Below, piece after piece: positions 33,627-48,401 of a stretch of DNA of 64,000 nt (position 1 is the first letter of the stretch; every line of letters starts with the position of its first letter). Both the position numbers and the translations under genes were made by a program. The DNA lies in NCBI RefSeq assembly GCF_009914755.1, contig NC_060933.1; one strand, given 5' to 3'. This DNA is from the human T2T-CHM13v2.0 reference genome, Homo sapiens. The notes below the pieces were generated by a model. It was not told the DNA's origin and made no database searches. It was given only the letters and a program-made list of their open reading frames with translations.

Positions 33627-34993
33627 TGTGGGCGGAAAGTCACCCAGGTGCCGAGGCATGAGACTGAAGGCACAAGCTGTTCCAATATAATCAAGAAAAT
33701 AGTTAGGATAAGAGAAAGTTATATTCGAAATAGGATATAGAGATGAATGTATATGGATATTATCAATCATTAGTTTTCTGTATTAACCTTTGTATGATTA
33801 TTATAACCAAAGAAAAACCAGGCCACACAGAGTTAGGAGCTGAAGGGACATTGTGAGAAGCAACCAGAAGACAAGAGTGTGAGCTCTCTGTCACGCCCAG
33901 ATAAGGGCCGCTTGAGGGCTCCTTGGTCTAGCGGTAGTGCCAGTGCCTGGGAAGGCACCCGTTACTTAGTGGACCTTGGTCTGGCGGTAGCACCAGCGCC
34001 TGGGAAGGCACCCGTTACTTAGTGGACCTTGGTCTGGCGGTAGCGCCAGCGCCTGGGAAGGCACCCGTTACTTAGTGGACCTTGGCCTGGTGGTAGCGCC
34101 AGCACCTGGGAAGGCACCCGTTACTCAGCAGACCTTGGCCTGGCGGTAGCGCCAGTGCCTGGGAAGGCACCCGTTACTTAGTGGACCTTGGCCTGGTGGT
34201 AGCGCCAGCGCCTGGGAAGGTACCCGTTACTCAGCAGACCTTGGCCTGGCGGTAGCGCCAGCGCCTGGGAAGGCACCCGTTACTCAGCAGACCTTGGTCT
34301 GGCGGTAGCACCAGCACCTGGGAAGGCACCCGTTACTTAGTGGACCTTGGCCTGGCGGTAGCGCCAGCGCCTGGAAGGCACCCATTACTTAGCAGACCAG
34401 GAAAGGGAGTCTCCCTTTCCCTGGGAGAGTTAGCGAGCACTCTGCTCCACCAGTTCTTGTGGGGGGCCTGACATTCCCCAGGCCTGCCCGCAGTCATTGG
34501 AGGCTTCAACGTCTCCCTGTGGTGCTGTGCTTCAGTGGTCACGCTCCTTGTCCGCTTTCATATTCCGCCTGTACACCTGCTGCTTCTCTTAAGTTCTTAG
34601 AAGATAGCAGTAGCAGAATTAGCGAAAGTATTAGAGTCTTTGATCTCTCTGATAAGTGCATAGAAGAAATGCTAACGTCTGCTGTCCTCCCTCTCTGCTT
34701 CAGCTACCACAAAGGGAAAGGCCCCCTGTCACGTGGACAGGTGACTTGCTTGTCCTTATCAATCACTTGAGATGACTCACACTCCTTACCCTGCCCCCTT
34801 GCCTTGTATACAATAAATAGCAGTGCGTCCAGGCCTTCAGGGCCACTACCGGACTCTGCGCACTGGTGGTAGTGGCCTCTGGGCCCAGCTGTCTTTCCTA
34901 CTATCTCTTAGTCTCGTGTCTTATTTTACTACAATCTCTCGTCTTTGCACATGAAGAGAAAACTCACAAGGCCCTGTAGGGCTGGACCCTACA
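33627..34993 (+). mobile_element. Second LTR13-family solo LTR, with an internal 53-bp tandem expansion
   Basis: TGTGGGCGG...GGACCCTACA termini; TSD CCCCCG/CCCCTG (one CpG-type transition); colinear with the first LTR. Confidence 0.82.
33921..34396. repeat. 53-bp tandem repeat x9 inside the second LTR13
   Basis: gttactt recurs at 33961 and 34014; the unit occurs once in the other two LTRs. Confidence 0.92.
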
Positions 34994-36046
34994 CCCCTGA
35001 GCCAAGCACACGTGACTCCATGACCCAGCAGCCCCAACAGAAATGTGTACACGCTCGTGCAGTGGACGCACAGACGTAAACATTCACACGGCGAAGCCTG
35101 CACCACCACGAGAAGGTGGGGAGGCTTCTCCACATGACGGCATGGATGGACCTCCCCACGGGACGTGGAGCAGGGAAGCCAAACACAAACGCACACCACA
35201 CGGCTCCACTTCTGAAAAGGAAAACAGGCCAACCTCACCTCGGCTGGCAGCCATCGGGACGGCAGGCAGCCGTGGTGGGGAGCAGGTTTTACAACCAGAC
35301 ATGGCTGCTGGTGGTAACAAGAGGAGCATGAACGGGGCTTGCAGGGGCTAATTTATGTTTCTTTACCTGGTTCACAAGTGAGTTCAGTTTATGGAGTCAT
35401 CAAACCGTCCACCTGCAATGTGCGTCCTGCATGCGCATTATACAACCATCACTAGTTAATAAACAAACAACAACTGGGCCAGGTGCTGTGGCTCATGCCT
35501 GTTTCCCAACAGTTTGGGAGGCTGAGGCAGGAGGATCACTTGAGCCCAGGAGTTCGAAACCAGCCTGGGTAACATGGCAAGACACCCTCTCTACAGGAAA
35601 CAAGAAAAATAAAAAGAAAATACAAAAAAAAAAAATGCCAAGTGCAGTGGTGTGCCTGTACTCCCAACTACTCAGGAGGCTGAGGTGGGAAGATCACTTG
35701 AGCCCAGAGGGTTGAGGCCGCAGTGTGCCATGATCTCACCACTGCACTCTAGCCTGGGCCACAGAACGAGCCTCTGTCTGAAAAAAAAAAAAAAAGCTGT
35801 TACTTAAACAAAAAAATCCATGTAGATTCAGATACCTGATGCCCGATGGCACAAAAAAAGCAAGAGAGAGATGACAGATTGTTTTATTAATGGTGTTGGG
35901 TAAATTATCACCATAAAGAGTAAGGAAAAGATGAATTTCTTCCCTCATTCTTGCAGTATAAACTACAGATAAATGAAAGACCTCTATGTGAAAGGCAAAA
36001 CTAAAAGCTAATAAAAATAGTCTTTGAGGCCGGGTGCGGTGGCTCA

Positions 36047-36346
<300 letters not shown>

Positions 36347-36849
36347 TTATTTATGACTCAGGAATAAGGAAAGAATAAATAAGACCCAAAACACAAATCA
36401 CAGGTGCCAAGGCAAAAAGCTGGCTTTCCACAAAAGAACATCAGGGTCCCTGTTGCGTGAAGGTCCCGTGGCGGCATTTTCCAGCCCATGGACAAGAGGG
36501 AAGAGAATCTCCAACAACTGAAACTAATGAGACAAGAGGGAAAAGAATCTCCAAAAAAAACTAAGGAGACAATGGGGAAGAGAATCTCCAAAAGTGAAAC
36601 TAACCAGGGACCTCTACCTACAGCACATAAAGAATCAACACAAATCAACCAAACTCCAGAATCCTGCAGAAAGTGGGCAGAGAATACGACCAGACAATCT
36701 GAGAGGGACGCCCAGATGGAACCGAATACAGCAGGAGCCAATGAGCTTGCCGGTGACCTGCGGGTGGCAGACGGCAGAGGGGGCAGGTCTGCGGCAGGAG
36801 CACGGCTGCACTGCCGGGCAGGATGGACTTGGAGGCTGCCCTGAAAATG

Positions 36850-37768
36850 CCCTGGGCCCTGTGGCTGGGCTGTGGGCGGGTCACCTGACTGTTGAGGTGC
36901 CCGGGCCCTGTGGCCGGGCTGCGGGCGGGTCACCCGGATGTTGAGGTGCCCGGGCCCTGTGGCTGGGCTGCGGGCGTGTCACCCGGCTGTTGAGGTGCCC
37001 GGGCCCTGTGGCTGGGCTGCAGGCGGGTCACTCGGATGTTGATGTGCCCGGGCCCTGTGGCTGGGCTGTGGGTGGGTCACCTGGCTGTTGAGATGCCCGG
37101 GCCCTGTGGCCGGGCTGTGGGCGGGTCACCTGACTGTTGAGGTGCCCGGGCCCCGTGGCCGGGCTGCGGGCGGGTCACCCGGATGTTGAGGTGCCTGGGC
37201 CCTGTGGCTGGGCTGCAGGCGGGTCACTCGGATGTTGATGTGCCGGGGCCCTGTGGCTGGGCTGTGGGTGGGTCACCTGGCTGTTGAGATGCCCGGGCCC
37301 TGTGGCCGGGTCACCTGACTGTTGAGGTGCCCGGGCCCTGTGGCTGGGCTGCGGGCGGGTCACCCGGATGTTGAGGTGCCCGGGCCCTGTGGCCGGGCTG
37401 TGGGCGGGTCACCCGGCTGTTGAGGTGCCCGGGCCCTGTGGCTGGGCTGCGGGCGGGTCACCCGGATGTTGAGGTGCCTGGGCCCTGTGGCTGGGCTGCA
37501 GGCGGGTCACTCGGATGTTGATGTGCCCGGGCCCTGTGGCTGGGCTGTGGGTGGGTCACCTGGCTGTTGAGATGCCCGGGCCCTGTGGCCGGGCTGCAGG
37601 TGGGTCACCTGACTGTTGAGGTGCCCGGGCCCTGTGGCTGGGCTGCGGGCGGGTCACCTGGATGTTGAGGTGCCTGGGCCCTGTGGCTGGGCTGCAGGCG
37701 GGTCACTCGGATGTTGATGTGCCCGGGCCCTGTGGCTGGGCTGTGGGCGGGTCACCCGGCTGTTGAGG
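36850..37768. repeat. 49-bp GC-rich VNTR x~19 (gtgcccgggccctgtggctgggctgcgggcgggtcacccggatgttgag)
   Basis: Period of 49. Confidence 0.95.
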
Positions 37769-38196
37769 TTTTGCTACACATCAGTTACAGCAAAGGTCCC
37801 TGCGGGGAGGCACACGTCAGCAGGGCTGGGGAAGGAAGGGAGGCTTGCTAGAGACCCGGGACACAAGGCAGGAGAGGGACCATGCAGGGAGGGCGGGAAG
37901 GGCCGAGCACATGGCTCTGCGGGGCATCTGGTGGCACCGGCCCAGCCCTGGCGGTGGTGGGGGTGAGACAGGGCAGGCACGCAGAGGAGCACACCAGGGT
38001 GTTCTGGGCGGCAGGACGGCCACCAAGCCTCGACCCTAGAGCCAGAGGACAGGCACAGGCCCCCCTGGGCACGTGGGGCTCTAGTGGAGGGTGCCCGCCT
38101 CGGCGGCGATGCTGGGCATCAGTGCAGCTCAGCCTGGGTCTCAGATGCCGAGGGCCTGTGGGTCACACTGGCTGGGCAGCCGTCGAGGTTCTTTAC

Positions 38197-38337
38197 CTTG
38201 TGGGGCCGAAGGGTCAGGGTCACCTGCCCCGGGCTTCTCCAGCTCCTCCAAGATCTGTTTGCGAATGGAAGGCGCGGGGACGGAGTGGCTCCTCTTCAGC
38301 AGGGGCCCAGCAGCTGCCGGGCGGCCGCCCCCGTGAT
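38197..38337 (-). CDS. PNPLA7: Exon E (141 nt, 1-1; 144 nt with the upstream NAGNAG AG) (D)[46 protein letters not shown]
   Basis: CAGCAG acceptor 38338-38343; donor AAG|GTAAAG. Confidence 0.88.
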
Positions 38338-38539
38338 CTGCTGGGGAGGCAGCCGTAAGCAACCTTGTTTGCACGCACTCCCTGGTGTCTGGTGCAGCCC
38401 ATTCGGGGCCACGCAGGGAGCAGGGTCCCCACAGTGCCCTGCGCACCTGAACGCGCTCTGGACCAGCCCACCGGCCACCAGGCCTCTGCATCTGCCGGGC
38501 CAGCAGGTGAGTGCAAGCGAGTGCCGGCCTCTGACTAGC

Positions 38540-38960
38540 CCTGGCCCCTCCCCGCCCAATCCCGCCTCCCACATCCCCCTCCTCCCAATCTCCCTCCCCA
38601 CCCCATCCCCCTTCCCCCAAATCCCCCCTCCCCCCTCAATCCCTCTCCCCCAAATGCCCCCTCCCCCCAATCCCTCTCCCCCAAATGCCCCCTCCCCACC
38701 TCAACCCCCTCCCCCCAAATCCCCCCTCCCCACCCCAATGCCCCTCCCCCAAATCCACCCTCCCCACCTCAATCCCCCCTCCCCCAAATCCTCCCTCCCT
38801 ACCCCAACCCCCTCCCCCAAATCCTCCCTACCTACCCCAACCCCCCATTCCCCGAAATCCCCCTCCCCACCCCAATCCCTCCTCCCCACCCCTTCCACCC
38901 CTACCCCAATCCCCCATGCGCCCCACCCCCATCCCTAACCTAACCCCCTGCCCCATTCCG
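38540..38960. repeat. C-rich low-complexity tract (G-runs in the pre-mRNA) upstream of exon E
   Basis: Direct reading. Confidence 0.85.
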
Positions 38961-39331
38961 AGGCCTTGCTGCCCTGATTGTCCTGCTGTGGGCCAAGTGC
39001 CTTGAAGGCAAACTCCATCCAGGTGGGGCTGCCAGCCAGGCCCTTTCTCAGGGCGTCCCATTGGTGGATGTGGCTGTCTGGGCTCGCCTGGGATGGGCCA
39101 CGCAGGGCTGCATCTGCCCCTCAGGTGAAACGAGGAAGGAGCCTGGCCTTGCCGACCACACAGGCTGAAGGAGGCTGCCCTGCCTGGACACTGTCCTTAC
39201 CTACAGAGGCCCATGAGCACCCCCGGCCCTGGTCTCTGCCAAGACCTCATCCAGGACAGCTGCTGCCCCATCAAGTCACATGGACCTAATCCAGTGAAAG
39301 AAATGCCATTCAGGCAATGACACATACTCTA

Positions 39332-39469
<138 letters not shown>

Positions 39470-39774
39470 TTAAAAATAAAAGTAAATGAGCTGGGCCTGG
39501 TGGCATGCGCCTGTGGACCAAGCTACTCAGGAGGCTGACGCAGGAGAATCCTTTCAGCCAGTGACATGGGGGTGGCAGTGAGCCAGTACCACACCACTGC
39601 ACTCCAGACTGGGCAAAAGAGCAAAACCCTGTCTCAATAGTAATAATAATAATTATTATTATTATTATAAAAATAAAATGCATTTCTGGGAAAAAGCACA
39701 TCAGCCAGAGCTGCGTTTAAAGGTGGCTGTGATCCTCATGGGGTCTCACAAGCACACATGAGTGCAGGAGTAAC

Positions 39775-42290
39775 ACCACTCTGCTCACTCCATCCTCACT
39801 CACTCAACTCTGTCCACTCCATCCCCCACTCACTCCACTCTGTCCACTCCATCCCCTGTCACTCACTCCACTCTGTCCACTCCATCCCACACTCACTCAC
39901 TCCACTCTGTCCACTCCATCCCTCACTCACTCACTCCACTCTGTCCACTCCATCCCCACTCACTCACTCCACTCTGCTCACTCCATCCCCCACTCACTCA
40001 CTCCACTCTGTCCACTCCATCCCCCGTCACTCACTCCACTCTGTCCACTCCATCCCTCACTCACTCACTCCACTCTGTCCACTCCATCCCTCACTCACTC
40101 ACTCCACTCTGTCCACTCCATCCCACACTCACTCACTCCACTCTGTCCACTCCATCCCCCACTCACTCACTCCACTCTGTCCACTCCATCTCCCACTCAC
40201 TCACTCCACTCTGTCCACTCCATCCCCCGTCACTCACTCCACTCTGTCCACTCCATCCCTCACTCACTCACTCCACTCTGTCCACTCCATCCCCCGTCAC
40301 TCACTCCACTCTGTCCACTCCATCCCACACTCACTCACTCCACTCTGTCCACTCCATCCCACACTCACTCACTCCACTCTGTCCACTCCATCCCTCACTC
40401 ACTCACTCCACTCTGTCCACTCCATCCCCCGTCACTCACTCCACTCTGTCCACTCCATCCCACACTCACTCACTCCACTCTGTCCACTCCATCCCTCACT
40501 CACTCACTCCACTCTGTCCACTCCATCCCCCACTCACTCACTCCACTCTATCCACTCCATCCCCCGTCACTCACTCCACTCTGTCCACTCCATCCCTCAC
40601 TCACTCACTCCACTCTGTCCACTCCATCCCCCGTCACTCACTCCACTCTGTCCACTCCATCCCACACTCACTCACTCCACTCTATCCACTCCATCCCACA
40701 CTCACTCACTCCACTCTGTCCACTCCATCCCCCGTCACTCACTCCACTCTGTCCACTCCATCCCCACTCACTCACTCCACTCTGCTCACTCCATCCCCCA
40801 CTCACTCACTCCACTCTGCTCACTCCATCCCCCACTCACTCACTCGACTCTGTCCACTCCATCCCCCACTCACTCACTCCACTCTGTCCACTCCATCCCC
40901 CGTCACTCACTCCACTCTGTCCACTCCATCCCTCACTCACTCACTCCACTCTGTCCACTCCATCCCCCACTCACGCACTCACTCCACTCTGTCCACTCCA
41001 TCCCCCACTCACTCACTCCACTCTGCTCACTCCATCCCCCACTCACTCACTCCACTCTGTCCACTCCATCCCTCATTCACTCACTCCACTCTGCTCACTC
41101 CATCCCCCACTCACTGACTCCACTCTGTCCACTCCATCCCCCACTCACTCACTCCACTCTGCTCACTCCATCCCCCACTCACTCACTCGACTCTGTCCAC
41201 TCCATCCCCCACTCACTCACTCCACTCTGTCCACTCCATCCCCCGTCACTCACTCCACTCTGTCCACTCCATCCCTCACTCACTCACTCCACTCTGTCCA
41301 CTCCATCCCCCACTCACGCACTCACTCCACTCTGTCCACTCCATCCCCCACTCACTCACTCCACTCTGCTCACTCCATCCCCCACTCACTCACTCCACTC
41401 TGTCCACTCCATCCCTCATTCACTCACTCCACTCTGCTCACTCCATCCCCCACTCACTGACTCCACTCTGTCCACTCCATCCCCCACTCACTCACTCCAC
41501 TCTGCTCACTCCATCCCCCACTCACTCATTCCACTCTGTCCACTCCATCCCTCACTCACTCACTCCACTCTGCTCACTCCATCCCCCACTCACTGACTCC
41601 ACTCCATCCCCCACTCACTCACTCCACTCTGCTCACTCCATCCCCCACTCACTCCACTCTGTCCACTCCATCCCCCGTCACTCACTCCACTCTGCTCACT
41701 CCATCCCCCACTCACTCGCTCCACTCTGTCCACTCCATCCCCCACTCACTCACTCCACTCTGTCCACTCCATCCCCCACTCACTCACTCCACTCTGCTCA
41801 CTCCATCCCCCACTCACTCATTCCACTCTGTCCACTCCATCCTCACTCACTCACTCCACTCTGCTCACTCCATCCCCCACTCACTCACTCCACTCTGTCC
41901 ACTCCATCCCCCACTCACTCACTCCACTCTGTCCACTCCATCCCCCACTCACTCACTCCACTCTGTCCACTCCATCCCCCACTCACTCACTCCACTCTAC
42001 TCACTCCATCCCCCACTCACTCACTTCACTCTACTCACTCCATCCTCACTCACTCACTCCACTCTGCTCACTCCATCCCCCACTCACTCACTCCACTCTG
42101 TCCACTCCATCCTCACTCACTCACTCCACCCTATCCACTCCATCCCCCACTCACTCACTCCACTCTGTCCACTCCATCCCCCACTCACTCCCTCCACTCT
42201 ACTCACTCCATCCCACACTCACTCATTCCACTCTGTCCACTCCATCCCCCACTCACTCACTCCACTCTGCTCACTCCATTCTCTCCTCAC
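39775..42290. repeat. ~2.5 kb VNTR with a ~33-34-bp unit (cactcactcactccactctgtccactccatcccc), roughly 75 copies
   Basis: Direct reading. Confidence 0.97.
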
Positions 42291-42309
42291 TCTCATCAGC
42301 ATTGCTTCA

Positions 42310-42315
42310 TTTAAT
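42310..42315 (-). terminator. Candidate intronic poly(A) signal ATTAAA
   Basis: ~165 nt after the stop of the exon D read-through ORF; followed on the gene strand by the G/U-rich VNTR. Confidence 0.4.
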
Positions 42316-43077
42316 TTCACATACTTTTGTTAGTCACTTCAATTCTTTTGGGAACATGATGGGCTATAAATAACCAAGCGCGCACCTCATCTGTAGGGTG
42401 GCTGTTAACTCCATCACACAGATCGTCGTGGGGTGACTCATGCAGTGCACGCCGCACCCGACCGCTTCCTCCTCAGATTCAGGCCCCCCGGTTAGCACTC
42501 AGAACAGCGGGTGAGAGCCCATCGCGGGAGGCCCACTCCCCACCAGGCACCTGGCCCAGGCCAAGCACGCAGGGAGAATTCTGGGAACAACTGAAGAATG
42601 GAGGGTGAAGGGTCCTGGGCCTGTCTGAGGACATCCGGGCCTCATGTGAGGAGACGGGCACACGTAATGAGACCGTTGGAGGTTTGAGGACATCCAGCCC
42701 ACATGTGAGGAGATGGGCACACCTGATGAGACCTGGGGAGGTCTGAGGACATCCAGCCCGCATGTGAGGAGATGGGGACACGTGAGGAGACCTGGGGGGC
42801 CATCTGATGAGACCTGGGGGGCATGTGAGGTGACCTGGGGCACGTGTGAGGGGACCTGAGGCACGTGAGGGGACCTGGGGTGCGTGTGAGTAGACCTGGG
42901 GGGCATGTGAGGTGACTTGTGGGACTTGTAGGGTGACCTGGGCCGTGTGAGGTGACCCGGGGATGTGTGTGGTGGCCTCAGGCATGTGCAAGATGACCTG
43001 GGGTGACCTGAGGCAGTGGGAGCAGGATCCCCCGGACTCTGGGGCTGGACATTGCCCTCCTTGGTGCAGGACAGTAC

Positions 43078-43204
43078 CTGAGTCACAGGACTCCTGGAGC
43101 CGCGGTGGCTTTTTAAGCCGCTCTTCTTCGCCATAGAACACCTGCTTCTTGGCCTTCCCGGCAGCCACACTGGCTACAGACACGAGAGGGATGGCCTGGC
43201 TCTC
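43078..43204 (-). CDS. PNPLA7: Exon D (127 nt, 0-1) [42 protein letters not shown]
   Basis: CAG acceptor 43205-43207; weak donor CAG|GTACTG; frame joins exon E. Confidence 0.9.
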
Positions 43205-43255
43205 CTGGGACACAAGAAGGAAGTTCAGTGCCACCCCAGGAACACCCCACACCCA

Positions 43256-43408
43256 CTGACAGGTGTGGGCTCCTCAAAGGTGTGACAGGTGTGGGCTCCT
43301 CAAAGGTGTGACAGGTGTGGGCCCCTCAAAGGTGTGACAGGTGTGGGACTCTCAAAGGTGTGACAGGTGTGGGCCTCTCAAAGGTGTGACAGGTGTGGGC
43401 CTCTCAAG
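43256..43408. repeat. 26-bp tandem repeat x~6 (tgacaggtgtgggctcctcaaaggtg)
   Basis: Period of 26. Confidence 0.92.
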
Positions 43409-44062
43409 GCAAAGTTTAAGCTACATTTCAGGCAATGGAAAGAGGCCGATCATCAACCCAGAAATCCAGTTATTCAAGAAAAGGACTGGTCTGTTTAAGG
43501 CAACCAAGCTCAGCCTGCTTTTACCCTAGGCCCTGTCTCAAACACTTGATCAAGTCAACATACTGCCCCAAATTGTCAGAACCTTAATACTCTTCATTAA
43601 AACAAAAGATAATGTAGAAAACAAAAAGATATTCCCTTAATGTCAACAACTGAAGACGACAAGCCCTAAAATGTCATCAGAATTATGATTTCCAACTGAA
43701 ATGCACATACTAAAGACTAATGCGTGCTGGGCCTTTACTAACCGAGCTCCACTTGCCCCATGACTAAAGAGAGCCCTCCGCATATCAGGCTACTGTTTTG
43801 GGCAGTGGGGATGGAGCAGGGCACGAAACCCTGGTCTCACTCAGTTCCCACGAGAGCTCGGCTAGGTGGGGACCGTCCCACGTCCCGGCCAAGTGCCTCC
43901 CAGGGTCACACCGCCAGGAGGAGGGAGAGCCGGGGTTGACAGCCTTGTGCCCTTGACAATGCGCTGTACCCTCCAAACGCGTCACAGTTCAGGGTCAGCT
44001 CCGCCCCACCCGGTTCAGATAGGAGGAGCTGTCAAGGGCAACACACAGGGAGTGCTGGCAAC

Positions 44063-44325
44063 AGGGACCCCATGGGACGGGCATGGGGAGGGGCAGCCTC
44101 TGCTGGACGCGGACGTAGGGACCCCACGGGACGGGCATGGGGAGAGGCAGCCTCTGCTGGATTCGGCTGTAGGGACCCCATGGGACGGGCATGGGGAGGG
44201 GCAGCCTCTGCTGGACCGTGGCCATAGGGACCCCATGGGACGGGCATGGGGAGGGGCAGCCTCTGCTTGACATGGCTGTAGGGACCCCATGGGATGGGCA
44301 TGGGGAGGGGCAGCCTCTCCTGGAC
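44063..44325. repeat. ~54-bp tandem repeat x5
   Basis: gggaccccatgggacgggcatggggaggggcagcctctg recurs. Confidence 0.92.
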
Positions 44326-44796
44326 AGGGCTGTCAGCTCAGTGTGCAGCCTGCAGGGCCAGAAAGGGAAGGAGCGTGTGTGTGGCTGCCGATGTCCTACA
44401 GAACACAGGTGACCAAAGGAAGACTCATCACAGAGTCCTGAATGGGAGCTGCAGAGGCACCAGGCGGCTGTTCACAACCGTGTGGGCCTCCAGAGGGACA
44501 ACTCCATCATCGGAGAAGGAATTCCACCTTTCCCAAGTCCAACGGATCAGAGATTTTGGAACACAAGGCCCCAGGAGAATCAAGCCTCCAAACTGACTAG
44601 CAGGTGCTTTAAGGTAGGAGAATAAACACAGCACAACCAGCCCCTCCCAAAGTCCTAATGACCAGCAACTGGGAAGACCACAGCTGTTGCTGGCACTGCC
44701 CCACCAGGCACTGGGCGCCTGCCGTGCCAACCAATAGCTGTCCCGATGCCAGCTGCATGGAGCAGCATGGGGCTTTGTGAGGTGGTTTTCACTTAC

Positions 44797-44877
44797 AGCG
44801 TTGAAGAGCTCTGTGGTCAGGCCGAGGTAGTTGTGCAGAGCCAGAAAGGTCACCCTCTGCAGCCGCACCATGATGAT
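44797..44877 (-). CDS. PNPLA7: Exon C (81 nt, 0-0) [27 protein letters not shown]
   Basis: CAG acceptor; donor GCT|GTAAGT; conserved NTE-family motif. Confidence 0.95.
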
Positions 44878-45211
44878 CTGCAAGAACACGCCAGCTGCGC
44901 GGTGACCACCGGCCTGGGGTACAGGGCGGGCCCCCGGCAGCACCACACAGAGCACTGAGAACCGTGCCCCAAACCCTGCAGATGCCACAGACCGAACCCT
45001 CTCAGGGTGAAAAACCCCGCAGACTTGACACCTCACCACGGTCAAGTAACACGTTCACATCACGGGGAATGGGACAAGGGGCACATGAAGACTGCATTGT
45101 TTTTGCAAGTTTTCTATAAATCTAAAGTTACTCCAAAGTGAGAAGTTTAATAAAAATGTAAAAATCTCTTTGGGGGTAGTGAGGGATCTTAAGACCTCTT
45201 TGAGATTGTGA

Positions 45212-47089
<1,878 letters not shown>

Positions 47090-47894
47090 TCAGATTATTC
47101 TGGAAATTAGTTGGCTCTAGAGAGAAAAGCCTTCTGTTTACATCACGCCGTCACCTGCATGCAGAGGCAGATTCACCCTTTTTGGTGCACACCTCTAGCA
47201 TTTTCACCCCCACCACAGAAACAGAACAATCCCAACCTCCAATGCCCCTGGCAGCCTTTTCGCAACCTCCTTTCTTCCCACCACTGGGTCTTGGCAATGC
47301 TCCCCCGTCTTCTGTCCCAGTGGTTGTGCCTTTGTCAAAATGTCACATAAATGGAGGCACAGAGTGTGGAGGCTTCCCTCAGCGGTGTGACACACTCGAG
47401 ATTCCCCCACGGTGGCATGTCTGACAGAGGTCTCTGCCTTGACTCCCAAGTGCTGGCTGTCTCGTGGAGGCCTCGCAGGGTCTCCGTCCATTCAGCAGTC
47501 GAGATTCCCCCACGGTGGCGCGTCTGCCAGAGGCCTGTGCCTTGGCTCCTGAGTGCTGGCTGCCTCATGGAGGCCTTGCAGTGTCTCCTCGTGAAGGCCT
47601 CGCAGGGTCTCCGTCCATTCAGCAGTCGAAGGATATTTGTGTTGTTTCCACTGGGGACAATTCTAAATAAAGCTGCTTGATAAATATGCATCTCCCAGTG
47701 TTTGCGTGGACACAGTTCTCATCCCTCTTGCTAAATACCTAGGGATGGGACTTGTAGGTTGTACGGAACACGTATCCTCACATTTATAAGAAACTACCAA
47801 ACTGTCTCCTACAGCGGCTGCCGTGCTTTGCATTCTCACCAGCGGTGAGTGAGTTTCCATGGATGCCCTGTGTTTTGCATTCTCACCAGCAGCG

Positions 47895-48045
47895 AACGAG
47901 TTTCCGTGGATGCCCCGTGGAATGAGTTTCCGTGGATGCCCCGTGGAATGGGTTTCCGTGGATGCCCCGTGGAATGAGTTTCCGTGGATGCCCCGTGGAA
48001 TGAGTTTCCTTGGATGCCCCGTGGAATGAGTTTCCGTGGATGCCT
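47895..48045. repeat. 26-bp tandem repeat x~5 (gatgccccgtggaatgagtttccgtg)
   Basis: Period of 26. Confidence 0.9.
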
Positions 48046-48401
48046 GTCTTCACCAGCAGTTGGTGCCACCATGTCGCATAATAAAGAATTTAGCTGGTCT
48101 TGTCTTCAGTTCCCAGGAGAAAGCCCTCAAGATCTTAGAAGCTCCTGGAAGTGTCTTTTTATTCACAGTGCAATTCACTTGGGTTTATGCTAGCAGGTGA
48201 CTCCTGGCGGCAAGGCCCAACCCAGAAGTTTCAGGAGGGAGCTGGCCATGCAGGGAAGACCAAGCATGTGACTAGATCCAGGGGTGTCAGCCCAACCTCC
48301 CACCTGCGGGGAGGGGAGGAAGCTAGACATCGAGTTGGATCACACAGCCAAAGTTCAGGCAAACGTCCCTGGGTGGCAACACACATCAGTGTGCCAGGAG
48401 G

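Noticed and set aside
32583-34993. The two LTRs as the 5' and 3' LTRs of one deleted provirus
   Set aside because: Each has its own distinct TSD, they are divergent, and I recognised no PBS/PPT or internal sequence between them
39758-41596. 612-aa His/Ser/Thr/Pro mucin-like ORF
   Set aside because: VNTR translation with frame drift between units; antisense to the gene; no signal peptide
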